64,000 nucleotides of DNA. Source: a virus. Taxonomy: Duplodnaviria; Caudoviricetes. How positions within the stretch are numbered: the first letter of the stretch is position 1; each line of letters begins with the position of its first letter. The stretch lies in IMG/VR virus record IMGVR_UViG_3300024252_000005; one strand, written 5' to 3'. The notes under the pieces were generated by a model, which ran no database searches, was not told the DNA's origin, and was given only the letters and a program-made list of their open reading frames with translations. Below are positions 39,725-50,086 of the stretch, piece after piece. The translations under genes and the position numbers were made by a program.

Positions 39725-40697
39725 TAAATTATACTTTCTAGAGAGTTTCTTAAAAACTAATCTTTCTAATGATGGTCTTAATGTATCTATATGGTGTCCT
39801 TTTTGTAGACATAGTAATAAAAATAAGTTAAAGCTAGCCGTACACTTAGAAAAAAACTTCTATCACTGTTGGTTATGCGACAAAAAAGGCTCTAATATAC
39901 CTTTTTTAATATCCAAGATATCTAAAACAAAATCATGTGAATCTGAAAAGTATTTTAAAAAGTACACTAAGAAAACTTTCGATTTAGGCTTAGATATAAA
40001 TAGTCTTTTTGGAGACTATGTTATCGAAGAAGATGACATTGATATAGTTGAAATACCAAAAGGCTTTAAAGTTTTAGCAAATGCCTATAACGAAATAGAT
40101 CCAGATATTAGAGATGTTTTTAGATATGCTATAAAAAGAGGCGCTAATAAACATAAGTTCTGGATGTTAAGACTAGGCTATTCTAATGATAAAGATTTTA
40201 GAAGATCATTGATTTTACCATCTTTAGATGAAAAAGGAAGTATAAATTTCTATACAGCTAGGAAAATAGATGCAGACAGCAGTAATCCTTTCAAATATAA
40301 TAATGCTAATATTAAAAAGAAGAACGTAATATTTAATGAGCTTAACATAGACTGGACTATACCTTTAACTATAGTAGAAGGTCCATTGGATCTACTTAAG
40401 ACTAATGACAACTCTACTTGTTTACTAGGGTCTTCTTTGACTAAAGACATGAAATTGTTTAAAAAAATAGTTGAAAATAAAACTCCAGTTTATCTTGCAC
40501 TTGACAGTGATGTTTATTATAAGACGCTAAGAATTGCTGATCTTTTATATGAGTATGATATAGAAACATTTATAGTAGACACAAGATCTGCAGATGATGT
40601 AGGTGACATGAGAATAGATCAATTTGAAGAATTATTAGAAAAAGCTAAACTGTACGAAAAAGAAGATACATTGCTATCTAAGATATCGAGCTTGTAA
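39702..40697 (+). CDS. dnaG: DNA primase (Zn-binding domain plus TOPRIM)
   Basis: CPFC...CWLC zinc motif; IVEGPLD and LALDSD TOPRIM motifs. Confidence 0.85.
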   Translation: MKNPTINDKLYFLESFLKTNLSNDGLNVSIWCPFCRHSNKNKLKLAVHLEKNFYHCWLCDKKGSNIPFLISKISKTKSCESEKYFKKYTKKTFDLGLDINSLFGDYVIEEDDIDIVEIPKGFKVLANAYNEIDPDIRDVFRYAIKRGANKHKFWMLRLGYSNDKDFRRSLILPSLDEKGSINFYTARKIDADSSNPFKYNNANIKKKNVIFNELNIDWTIPLTIVEGPLDLLKTNDNSTCLLGSSLTKDMKLFKKIVENKTPVYLALDSDVYYKTLRIADLLYEYDIETFIVDTRSADDVGDMRIDQFEELLEKAKLYEKEDTLLSKISSL

Positions 40698-40705
40698 AGG
40701 AAACT

Positions 40706-43700
40706 ATGTCAATAAAAATAGCACACATTTCAGACATTCATTGGAGAAGCTTAAAAAGACATGATGAGTATAAAAATATATTCGTCAAATGTTTAAATAA
40801 GCTAACAAACCTAAAGCCTGACGTTATTTATATAGGAGGAGATATTGTACATTCAAAAACACAAGGTATATCTCCTGAAATTATTGAAAATTTAACTTGG
40901 AGCTTTAACGAACTATCAAAAATAGCACCACTTCATATAATATTGGGTAATCATGATGGTTTAATACTCAATACTGATAGACAAGATGCTATAACACCTA
41001 TAATTAATGCTATAGATAATAAAAATATATTTCTTTATAAAAAAAGTGGTGTATATTCTACTGGTATTAAAGGATATGATTGGTGTGTTTTTTCCTGTTT
41101 TGATCAGGAGAACTGGAATAAAGTAAAGCCTTCTGAAGAAAATATTAATATTGCATGTTTTCATGGTGCTGTTACAGGATCAAAGACAGATATTGATTGG
41201 GAGCTAGAAGGAGAAGTAAAACTAGGTATGTTTGATGGATATGATTTTGGTCTATTTGGAGACATACACAAATTTCAGTACTTAGACAAAGATAAGCGCG
41301 TAGCTTACCCAGGATCTTTAATACAGCAAAACTATGGTGAAGATATCAAAAAGGGCTTTTTGTTCTGGGATATTAACAATAGATATGATTTTAAGTCGAA
41401 ACTAATTACAATAACCAATCCACATCCATTTGTAACAGTAGAATGGCAAGGAAACGTTGAAGAAACAATAGCTTTCTGCGCTAAAGTAAAAAAAGAAGCT
41501 AGATTTAGAATAAAATCAGAATCAAGTATTTCTCAGGCTGAAATAAAACTTTTACACTACTACTTGAAACATGAAAAAAATGCTAAAGAAATAGTATACC
41601 AAAATATACAAAGCAAGAGTTTAGAAAAAACTAGCATATCAGAAGATAGAAGTAATATACTAAATATTAGAAACAAATCTGATAGGGGAAGCTTGCTCAA
41701 ATCTTTATATAAAGATATAGATGATCTAGCTTTTGAAAAACTTGATAGTATATTTATTGAAAATTTAGACAAAATACCGGAAAACTTGTCTTCAACAGAA
41801 GGTCAGCGTTGGTCTATTAATAACATGGAGTTTAGCAATACTTTTTCTTATGGTAAAAGTAACTTTATTAATTTTAATAATCTTAATGGAGTCATAGGAA
41901 TCTTTGGGAACAATAGGTCTGGTAAATCTTCAATACCAGGGACTCTAATGTACAATTTATTCAACACCTCTGACAGAGGTGCTATTAAAAATTTAGATAT
42001 AGTAAATATTAGAAAAGGAAACTGTAAGTCTAGAGTTAATTTAAGCATAGGATCTGAAAACTATGACATTATAAGAGAGACAATTAAGAAATCTTCTAAG
42101 AAAGGTGTAGTTTCGGCAACAACTTCTCTATCACTAAAAAGAAACAATATTAATTCTGAAGAGATTAATGAAACAGAAGAACAGCGACGTGAAACAGAAA
42201 AAGTTCTAAGAAAACTAATAGGTACTTCTGAAGATTTTCTATATACAAGTTTTGCTTCGCAAGGAGAAATTAATACTTTTATTAAAGAAAAATCCAGTGC
42301 AAGAAAATCAATATTATCAAAATTTTTAAGCTTGGAGATATATGAAGAAATATATAAAAATTCAAGAGAAGATTACATTGTTTTAAAGAGTAAGCTGAAA
42401 AGTCTAAAGGAAGAAAACTGGAATGTCACAATTTCAGATCTTAATAAAAAAATTGAAGATATTGATTATAAAGAAATAAAAAATCAAGAAAAAATTTCTA
42501 TTGCAAGACAGCTAGAAGTCAATCTAAGAGTTCAATTAAGAGACCTAGAAAAAGATATTAAGAAACACCCATCAGGATATACTATAGATACAGCTAACAA
42601 AGAGCTTAATTTTTCAAATAACGCTAAAGTTAGAGAAGAAAACTTTATAAAAGATCTAGAGCGTGACATATCAGACTCAAAAGAAAAAATAAGAAAAATC
42701 GAGTTATTTAAAGAAAACTACTCTATCGAATCTCTTGAATCAGAAAAAGAAAAGCTAGATAGTTTATCTAAAAATATTACTTTTTTCAAACAAGAGAGGA
42801 ATTCTCTTACAAGAGAAAAAAATAATAGCTGTAATGAAATAAAAATTTTAGATCAAGTGCCTTGCGGAGACAAATATCAAACTTGTAAATTTATAAGCAA
42901 AGCACACAAAGCTCAATCAGAGCTTCCTGATTTAACTAAAAGCATAAAAGAAGTTGAAAGTTCAATATATGAAATCAAAGGCGCGATTGAAAGATTAGAA
43001 AAAGAAAACATCAAAGAAAACATCAAAAAGTATAATAATATTCTAAATAAAGAATACAAGCTTAAGATTGACTTAGACGGCTATAAAGAAAAAATATCTG
43101 CAAAAAAAGAAAAAATAAATTCTATTAATGAAAAAATAGAAAAGCTATCTGTTTTATCTTTAGAATTGGCTTCTTACAACGATGATAGTATTATTGAAAA
43201 AACAGAAAAGCTAAAACAGGATCTAAACAGAGTACAAGAAGATATATCTACAAATGAATCTCTTTCTAGAAAAAGTCAACATGAAACATTTCAGGCTAAA
43301 GCTGACATAAAAGAAACTATCAATGAGAAAGAAGAGTATCATAAAGTAATAGATAAATTTAAGTTATATGACATGTTTTCTTTTGCTGTTTCTAAAAAAG
43401 GTATACCAACATTACTAATAAATTCTTATTTACCCAAGATAAACAATGAGATTAATAATATTTTAAGTGGAGTAACTTCTTTTAAAATAGAAATAGCTGA
43501 TGACACAAATAATAATAATTTAAATGTTTATATTGACTATGGTGATTCAAAAAGAATTATTGAATGTGGCAGTGGAATGGAAAAAATGATGGCTTCTATA
43601 GCAATTAGAGTAGCGCTAATAAACATTTCTTATTTGCCAAAGTCAGATATTTTTATAATAGATGAGGGTTTTGGGGCTCTAGATGAATCAAACATAGAAG

Positions 43701-43843
43701 CATGTGGTAGACTACTAAAAAGTTTAAAAAGATATTTTAAGACTATACTAATAATTTCTCATGTAGATTCAATTAAAGATATCGTTGATAAGAATATTGA
43801 AATAATAATTAAAGGACAAGATTCATATGTCGAATATAAATGA
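40706..43843 (+). CDS. sbcCD: Single-chain SbcD/Mre11 nuclease fused to an SbcC/Rad50 ATPase (T4 gp47-gp46-like)
   Basis: Metallophosphoesterase motifs DIH, GGDIVH, GNHD, HG, GDIH; Walker A GNNRSGKSS; Q-loop ASQGE; coiled coils; signature variant GSGMEK; Walker B IIDEGFGALD; ISH. All in one uninterrupted ORF. Confidence 0.92.
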   Translation: MSIKIAHISDIHWRSLKRHDEYKNIFVKCLNKLTNLKPDVIYIGGDIVHSKTQGISPEIIENLTWSFNELSKIAPLHIILGNHDGLILNTDRQDAITPIINAIDNKNIFLYKKSGVYSTGIKGYDWCVFSCFDQENWNKVKPSEENINIACFHGAVTGSKTDIDWELEGEVKLGMFDGYDFGLFGDIHKFQYLDKDKRVAYPGSLIQQNYGEDIKKGFLFWDINNRYDFKSKLITITNPHPFVTVEWQGNVEETIAFCAKVKKEARFRIKSESSISQAEIKLLHYYLKHEKNAKEIVYQNIQSKSLEKTSISEDRSNILNIRNKSDRGSLLKSLYKDIDDLAFEKLDSIFIENLDKIPENLSSTEGQRWSINNMEFSNTFSYGKSNFINFNNLNGVIGIFGNNRSGKSSIPGTLMYNLFNTSDRGAIKNLDIVNIRKGNCKSRVNLSIGSENYDIIRETIKKSSKKGVVSATTSLSLKRNNINSEEINETEEQRRETEKVLRKLIGTSEDFLYTSFASQGEINTFIKEKSSARKSILSKFLSLEIYEEIYKNSREDYIVLKSKLKSLKEENWNVTISDLNKKIEDIDYKEIKNQEKISIARQLEVNLRVQLRDLEKDIKKHPSGYTIDTANKELNFSNNAKVREENFIKDLERDISDSKEKIRKIELFKENYSIESLESEKEKLDSLSKNITFFKQERNSLTREKNNSCNEIKILDQVPCGDKYQTCKFISKAHKAQSELPDLTKSIKEVESSIYEIKGAIERLEKENIKENIKKYNNILNKEYKLKIDLDGYKEKISAKKEKINSINEKIEKLSVLSLELASYNDDSIIEKTEKLKQDLNRVQEDISTNESLSRKSQHETFQAKADIKETINEKEEYHKVIDKFKLYDMFSFAVSKKGIPTLLINSYLPKINNEINNILSGVTSFKIEIADDTNNNNLNVYIDYGDSKRIIECGSGMEKMMASIAIRVALINISYLPKSDIFIIDEGFGALDESNIEACGRLLKSLKRYFKTILIISHVDSIKDIVDKNIEIIIKGQDSYVEYK

Positions 43844-44087
43844 AGCAAAGTGGTATGAAATTGACAAAGATTTAGAAGAAGCTTTTGTCAATGGCATTAG
43901 ATTCGTAAGGCCTAAAAATGACATTACATTAAGCTTAGATTGTCCAGTTTGTAAAAACTTGATATGCACAATAGAAGATGTAGAAATGATGAAAAAAGAA
44001 GGAGTATGTGAAGATTGCTATACAACTTATTACTATAATAATAAAGAAAAATGGGAAAAAGGTTGGAGACCAGAGATAATTAAATAA
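43827..44087 (+). CDS. Small zinc-finger protein
   Basis: CPVC...CEDC; overlaps the end of the Mre11-Rad50 gene. Confidence 0.6.
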   Translation: MSNINEAKWYEIDKDLEEAFVNGIRFVRPKNDITLSLDCPVCKNLICTIEDVEMMKKEGVCEDCYTTYYYNNKEKWEKGWRPEIIK

Positions 44088-44109
44088 ATAAATTATAAAG
44101 GAAAGTCAA

Positions 44110-44484
44110 ATGGAATACGATTTAATAGCTATGATTGGAAATTGTATAGATAATGTCTATAACAATACATGTGAAGATGGATCTAGAAGAACTGTCGCTA
44201 GACTTTTAAACGATAATTGCATGTCTATTGAGTACAGAACTATTTTGAACGTAGCTAGAGAAGAAGATTTGCATATTCAAATGCAGCATATGAAAAAAGA
44301 AACAAACGATATGATTTCTTCAAGGCTCAAGACAATAAAAGCTGAATTTAAAAAATCTGCAGGTAGAGCTTTAATAACAAAAAAGACAGATGAAACTGAT
44401 TCTGTAGAGACTTTAACAGTTAGTCCATATAGCCCTCATAGAAAAATGAAATATTGCTGTAAGTATACATACGAAGTAAAATAA
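44110..44484 (+). CDS. Hypothetical protein
   Basis: Clean ORF with an AAGGA RBS, directly upstream of the terminase. Confidence 0.55.
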   Translation: MEYDLIAMIGNCIDNVYNNTCEDGSRRTVARLLNDNCMSIEYRTILNVAREEDLHIQMQHMKKETNDMISSRLKTIKAEFKKSAGRALITKKTDETDSVETLTVSPYSPHRKMKYCCKYTYEVK

Positions 44485-44485
44485 G

Positions 44486-46108
44486 ATGAAGTCTAGAAAC
44501 GGTCAAATTAGCGAAATCATAAAATGCGGAAAAGATCCCGTATATTTTATGAACAAGTATTTAAAGATACAACATCCAATGCGTGGGCTAATATCTTTCA
44601 ATACATTCCCCTTTCAGGATGACTGTGTTTCTAGTTTTAATGATCATAGATTTAATATAATACTTAAATCTCGCCAACTTGGCCTATCAACATTAGTTGC
44701 TGCTTATGCAGTATGGCAAGCTGCTTTTTACAAAGAAAAAAATATATTAATAATTGCAACAAAGCTAGCAGTCGCGCAAAACTTTATTAGAAAAGTAAAG
44801 ACTTATATAAAAAGTATGCCAAAATGGCTACTTGTTCCAATTATAACTGCTAATAATAAGCAACAAGTAGAATTTTCAAATGGTTCACAAATTAAAGCTG
44901 TACCCACATCAGAAGATGCTGGCCGCTCTGAAGCACTGTCATTGCTAATAGTAGATGAGGCAGCTTTTGTAAGAAACTTTGATGAATTATGGATGGGTCT
45001 TTATCCTACGTTATCTACTGGTGGTAGAGCAATATTGTTATCAACTCCCAATGGTGTAGGTGGTCAATATCATGAAATTTATACAAAAGCTGCAAGAAAA
45101 GAAAACGCGTTTAATCCTATAAAGCTAATGTGGGACGTCCACCCTGAAAGAGGTGATGAATGGTTTCAGAGAGAGACCAAAAATATGTCGCAAAAACAAG
45201 TCTCACAAGAGCTTTTATGCGACTTTGCTTCGTCTGGTGATACATTTCTATCAAGTGATATTATTGAAAAAATAAGAATAATGTCAAAATCACCAATGGA
45301 AAAGAGCGGTCCTGGAAATAACGTTTGGTATTGGGAATATCCGATTGAGGGCATAAGCTACGTTCTTTCAGCTGATATTGCAAGAGGCGATAGTGGTGAC
45401 TACTCAACATTTCATGTTATAAACACTAAAGACTTATCAGTTGCTTCAGAGTTTAAAGGCAAGATTCCTCCAGACCAATTTGCTTCTGTTGTGTATGACA
45501 TAGCTAAGAGATTTAACAATGCAATAGTTTGTCCTGAGAACAATGCTTATGGATATACAATGTTAGTGAAGCTAGGTGACCTTGGCTATAAAAATATATA
45601 TTTTGCTTCTGAAAGGGAAAAGTACAGATATATTTATGGTGAAGGCAATAATATAGGAAAGGCTGGATTTAATACTAACAAAGAGTCTAGAGAGAAAATA
45701 TTAGCTAACTTTGAAGAATGTCTAAGAAATGGAAAAGTAAAAAGTTATTCAAATAGACTTTACTCTGAGTTAAAGACATTTATATGGAATGGTAAAAAAA
45801 TAACTGCAATGAAAGGTTATAATGATGACTTGATAATGTCTTTAGCAATAGGTAGCTGGCTAGCATGTAACAATTCAGAAACTTATAACGTTCTACAGAT
45901 TCAACAAGCAGATGCTTTATTAAAAGGCATGGAAGTTAACAATACAAAAATAGATAATACAATACAAAATAAGAATTTTTATCAAAATAAACATAATAGT
46001 GTCAATCCGTTTATACCCGTGTATATGCCAGACAGTAGTTTTAGTGGTAAAAAAGAGATATCTCCCAAAAATCCTTTAGGTGATTTATCTTGGTTGATTG
46101 GAAAGTAA
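44486..46108 (+). CDS. terL: Terminase large subunit (T4 gp17-like)
   Basis: KSRQLGLST Walker A; LLIVDEAAF Walker B; LSTPNG motif III; SADIARG..GDYS and NDDLIMSLA RuvC-like nuclease motifs. Confidence 0.95.
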   Translation: MKSRNGQISEIIKCGKDPVYFMNKYLKIQHPMRGLISFNTFPFQDDCVSSFNDHRFNIILKSRQLGLSTLVAAYAVWQAAFYKEKNILIIATKLAVAQNFIRKVKTYIKSMPKWLLVPIITANNKQQVEFSNGSQIKAVPTSEDAGRSEALSLLIVDEAAFVRNFDELWMGLYPTLSTGGRAILLSTPNGVGGQYHEIYTKAARKENAFNPIKLMWDVHPERGDEWFQRETKNMSQKQVSQELLCDFASSGDTFLSSDIIEKIRIMSKSPMEKSGPGNNVWYWEYPIEGISYVLSADIARGDSGDYSTFHVINTKDLSVASEFKGKIPPDQFASVVYDIAKRFNNAIVCPENNAYGYTMLVKLGDLGYKNIYFASEREKYRYIYGEGNNIGKAGFNTNKESREKILANFEECLRNGKVKSYSNRLYSELKTFIWNGKKITAMKGYNDDLIMSLAIGSWLACNNSETYNVLQIQQADALLKGMEVNNTKIDNTIQNKNFYQNKHNSVNPFIPVYMPDSSFSGKKEISPKNPLGDLSWLIGK

Positions 46109-46111
46109 ATA

Positions 46112-49100
46112 ATGGCTAAAGAAAATAATAATCTATTTAAAAAGCTAACAGATCTATTTAGATCTGGTCCTGTTGTAAAAAGAAAAATAAAAAACATAAA
46201 GAATATGTCTCACTCAAAGTCTTCGCTTGAAGTCTTTAAGAAGGCACATAGCGATGTTTACAATAGCACGCTCAGCGCTTACGGTTCTTACGATAGAATG
46301 GCAAGATATTCAGATTTCTCAGAAATGGAAGCTTGTATTGCTGGTGATACATTAATTGCAACACCGAACGGTTATACAGAAATACAAGAGCTATCCAAAC
46401 AATACGGTCCAGACGAGGCTTTTATTGTTTATTCTTATGATCATGAAAAAAAGCAAATTGTTCCTGCATTAGGCAAACAAGCCAGACATACAGTTACAGA
46501 AATGTCATATAAGATTACATTTGATTCTGGTAAGACGCTTATTGCAACACCTGATCATCGTGTAATGAGAAGAGATGGCACTTATTGTGAAGTCCAACAT
46601 CTAAAAGTAGGCGATTCAATGATGCCTTTTTATAGAAAAGCTTTGTTCGATAAAGATAAAGACAGTGGCAAGGGTTATCAGTGGATCTATACTATGAACA
46701 AAGCAGATTCAACGCTTAATAACGGATGGATATCAGAGCATAGAGTTATTGCAGAGTGGGTTGCTAATAGAAAGATAAAGAATAGCGAACATGTTCATCA
46801 TAGAAACTTTATTAGAAATGATAATAGACCTGAAAATCTTCAAATTATGGATGCTAAAGAACATTTAGCATATCATGCAAACATTCTTAATGGTAAAAAG
46901 TGGGATTACAAAGAAAACTCATCATGGATAGAAAATTTTAAAAAGAATCATTCTAAGTTTATGAAAGAAAACAATCCTGCTGAACGTAAAGATGTTACAT
47001 TTGCTAAGATTTTACAAGTTTGTGATCGCGATGGATATAACTGGTCACATTTACAAAGAGTTTTTGATTGTTCATCAACAGTAATTACAAATAGATTGAG
47101 AGATGCTGGATTTAGTAATTTTACTTATTTTGCCAAAGCATACGATCCTAATTGGAAAAACAACGGGTGGAATAATAAAGGTAATAAAAATCCTAGGTAT
47201 GATAAAACGCTAACATATCAAAAAATATGTGATGCTTTCAAAGAAGGGATTACATGCAAAGACTTGGCTACTGCTTTGAATACAACATCTTCCAAGATAA
47301 ACAGTAGAATTAAAAACGAAGGATACAAAAACTTTACGGAGTTTAAAAAGTCATTTGGAAATCATAAGGTTGTAAGTGTCGAGCCATATAAAACTATAGA
47401 TCTTTATGACTTAACTGTTGACGGATATAAAAACTATGCAACAGACTCTATTCTTGTCCACAACACTCCTGAAATAAGTTCAGCACTTGACATATACTCA
47501 GAAGAATGTGTTTCGCCTGATGTCGAAGGACAAGTCTTACACATATATTCTGAAAACAGAATGATAAAGAAGATTCTTAACGAACTTTTTTATGATACTC
47601 TAAACATAGACTTCAATCTTGCAATGTGGGTTCGTAATCTATGTAAATATGGTGACTTTTTTCTTTTTAATGATATCCATCCAGAATTTGGTGTTATTAA
47701 TACATTTCCTATACCAATAGCAGAAATTGAAAGAGAAGAAGGATTTGACCCAGATGACCCAGGTGCTGTAAGGTTCAGGTGGGTAACTCAAGGCAACAGA
47801 GTACTAGAAAACTGGCAAATATCACACTTTAGACTTTTAGGTAACGATGCTTTCTTGCCTTACGGATCATCTGTATTAGAAGGTGCAAGAAGAGTATGGC
47901 GTCAATTAATTCTTATTGAAGACGCAATGCTTGTTTATCGAGTAATTAGATCTCCTGAAAGACGTGTATTTTACATAGATGTAGGTAATATTCCTCCAGA
48001 GAACATTGCAGACTACTTAGAGCAAGCACAGACTTCTCTAAAGAGAAATGCTGTAATAAACAAAAATACTGGTGAAGTAGACTTAAGATACAACCCACTT
48101 TCAGTAGACGAAGATTATTTCTTGCCTGTTCGTGGAGGTGATACTGGTACTAGAATTGATACTCTAGCAGGCGGTTCAAATACAACAGCTATTGAAGACG
48201 TTGAGTATATCCAAAAGAAGCTTTTTGCTGCTCTAAAGATTCCTAAGGCATATCTTGGCTATGATGAAGATATCGGTGCCAAAGCAACTCTTGCTCAAGA
48301 AGATATAAGATTTAGTAGGACAATACAAAGAATTCAAAAAACAATTGTTTCTGAACTTAACAAGCTAGCAATGATTCATTTGTATACACATGGGTACACA
48401 GAAGAGAACCTGCTTGAATTTGATTTAAAGCTTAGTAATCCATCGAGCATCGCGCAACAACAAAAACTGGAGTTAATTAGGACAAAGTTTGAAATAGCTG
48501 GCCAGGCTCCTGAAGGCTTTGTTGATAAAGAGTGGATAAGAAAGCATATTATTGATCTTAATGATGACGAAATAACTAGAATTGAAAAGGGAAGAGAAAA
48601 AGACAAGATAAGAGATATGCAGCTTGAAGCTGTGCAAATTCCTGAAACAGATCAGCTTTCATTCGGAGATGAAAATATTGGTGGTGATGAAGGTGGTGGT
48701 GATGGAGGTGGTGGTGATATGTTTGGGGGTGGTGGTGAAGAATCAAGTGGAGGAGGCGATGATGCAGGAGGATTAGGAGATCTATTCTCAGGAGAAATCA
48801 AATCTGGCAAGTTAATGTCTGAAGATGAGTTATCTCAATATGATGAGTTAATAGACGAAGAAGAAGTAAAGAAAGACTATAACGGCAACCCAATAAAAGC
48901 TTCAAATTCTAGCAAGTCAAATTCTCTTTTTACTGCAGGAGATTTAAATCCAGTTGTAACAGTATCAGGCGCGCAAGCAACAGGTATTCATAGAACGCAT
49001 GCAGGTACTTCTACTTTAGGGAAAAATCAATCAATTGTAACTTCTAAAGATTTGATGGACAGTATAATGCCTCAGAGTCCAGTAATTAAAAACTTTATTG

Positions 49101-49258
49101 ATAAACAGTTAAATTATAGAATGAGTAAAGACTTGGAAGACATGTCAAATAAGCTAAATATAGGCTTTAGTAAAAATAAAGTTTTATCTGAAGGAAATGA
49201 CGAAGATTACGATATACTTATAGACGATGATATTTTTGATGGAGAAAGTGTGGACTAA
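46112..49258 (+). CDS. gp20: Portal protein (T4 gp20-like) containing an intein
   Basis: After intein removal: YSDFSEMEA/TPEISSALDIYSEE; W.RNLCKYGDFF; EDAMLVYRV.RSPERRVFYIDVGN.P; EDYFLPVR; IEDVEY.QKKLFAALK.P; D.RF.RTIQRIQ. Gly/Asp-rich C-terminal tail. Confidence 0.95.
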   Translation: MAKENNNLFKKLTDLFRSGPVVKRKIKNIKNMSHSKSSLEVFKKAHSDVYNSTLSAYGSYDRMARYSDFSEMEACIAGDTLIATPNGYTEIQELSKQYGPDEAFIVYSYDHEKKQIVPALGKQARHTVTEMSYKITFDSGKTLIATPDHRVMRRDGTYCEVQHLKVGDSMMPFYRKALFDKDKDSGKGYQWIYTMNKADSTLNNGWISEHRVIAEWVANRKIKNSEHVHHRNFIRNDNRPENLQIMDAKEHLAYHANILNGKKWDYKENSSWIENFKKNHSKFMKENNPAERKDVTFAKILQVCDRDGYNWSHLQRVFDCSSTVITNRLRDAGFSNFTYFAKAYDPNWKNNGWNNKGNKNPRYDKTLTYQKICDAFKEGITCKDLATALNTTSSKINSRIKNEGYKNFTEFKKSFGNHKVVSVEPYKTIDLYDLTVDGYKNYATDSILVHNTPEISSALDIYSEECVSPDVEGQVLHIYSENRMIKKILNELFYDTLNIDFNLAMWVRNLCKYGDFFLFNDIHPEFGVINTFPIPIAEIEREEGFDPDDPGAVRFRWVTQGNRVLENWQISHFRLLGNDAFLPYGSSVLEGARRVWRQLILIEDAMLVYRVIRSPERRVFYIDVGNIPPENIADYLEQAQTSLKRNAVINKNTGEVDLRYNPLSVDEDYFLPVRGGDTGTRIDTLAGGSNTTAIEDVEYIQKKLFAALKIPKAYLGYDEDIGAKATLAQEDIRFSRTIQRIQKTIVSELNKLAMIHLYTHGYTEENLLEFDLKLSNPSSIAQQQKLELIRTKFEIAGQAPEGFVDKEWIRKHIIDLNDDEITRIEKGREKDKIRDMQLEAVQIPETDQLSFGDENIGGDEGGGDGGGGDMFGGGGEESSGGGDDAGGLGDLFSGEIKSGKLMSEDELSQYDELIDEEEVKKDYNGNPIKASNSSKSNSLFTAGDLNPVVTVSGAQATGIHRTHAGTSTLGKNQSIVTSKDLMDSIMPQSPVIKNFIDKQLNYRMSKDLEDMSNKLNIGFSKNKVLSEGNDEDYDILIDDDIFDGESVD
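46334..47464 (+). mobile_element. Intein (377 aa, residues 75-451 of the portal precursor) with an HNH homing endonuclease
   Basis: Block A CIAGDTLIAT; block B ATPDH; block F YDLTVDGYKNY; block G VHN followed by Thr+1; internal EHRVIAE...HVHHRNFIRNDNRPENL HNH motif. Confidence 0.93.
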
Positions 49259-50085
49259 TGCCGAGATCACATAATAAAAAAAGAAATGTTGGTATAATTT
49301 ATGAGCAAATTATCAACTTTGTTTGTGGAAGATTATTAGAAGAAGATAAAAAGTCTGCTGAAAGCGCTGTTAGTATTATTAAGTCTCATTTTAGGCCTAG
49401 CTCACAGCTATATAAAGAGTATAAATTATTTAAAGCTTTAGCAACTACTCATAATGTAAACGACCAATTAGCTTCTTCTATTATAAACGAAGCAAAAAAA
49501 GCATGTAATAAAATGTTTAACAGCGAAAGCTTAGAAAAAGAGAAATCTTCACTTATAAGAGATCTTAACTATGCTTTCGGAAAAGGTGTTATTTTTGAGG
49601 AGAAAGTTAGCAACTATAGAACTTATGCAACAATTCAGACTTTGTTAAATGAGTGGAGAAATAATAGTAACAACTTTGATAAAACAACAGAATATGAAAT
49701 TAAACTTCATAGTAGTTTAACAAAAAAAGAAGTTTTAAAAGAAAGAAAGATGCCAATTAGTGTTGATCCTTTAACATATAATATAATGAAAGATAAGTTT
49801 AATAAAAAGTATATGACTCAATTAAATGAATCTCAGAAAGATATTGTTGGCTCTTTTATTAACGACGAAGAGCAAGTAATTGTAGAGAAATATACTAAAT
49901 TAAAAGAATCTTGCATGAAAGTTTTAAATAATTACATTAATCGTTGCAATAATTCTATTCTAGTTGAAAAGAACAATAAGATTCGCTCAAAGTTAGTTTC
50001 TTTAGATGAAAATGATTTATCAAAAGAAAATCTTCAAAAGTTTTTAATTGTGTCAAAATTAAAAGAAGAGATATTAGGAGAATAA
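49258..50085 (+). CDS. Conserved hypothetical head-module protein
   Basis: H.KKRN.GIIYE..I N-terminus; TAATG-coupled between the portal and the protease. Confidence 0.6.
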   Translation: MPRSHNKKRNVGIIYEQIINFVCGRLLEEDKKSAESAVSIIKSHFRPSSQLYKEYKLFKALATTHNVNDQLASSIINEAKKACNKMFNSESLEKEKSSLIRDLNYAFGKGVIFEEKVSNYRTYATIQTLLNEWRNNSNNFDKTTEYEIKLHSSLTKKEVLKERKMPISVDPLTYNIMKDKFNKKYMTQLNESQKDIVGSFINDEEQVIVEKYTKLKESCMKVLNNYINRCNNSILVEKNNKIRSKLVSLDENDLSKENLQKFLIVSKLKEEILGE

Positions 50086-50086
50086 A

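Noticed and set aside
44486-46108. Intein or intron in the terminase, a frequent target
   Set aside because: The protein is of normal length with contiguous motifs and no splice signatures.
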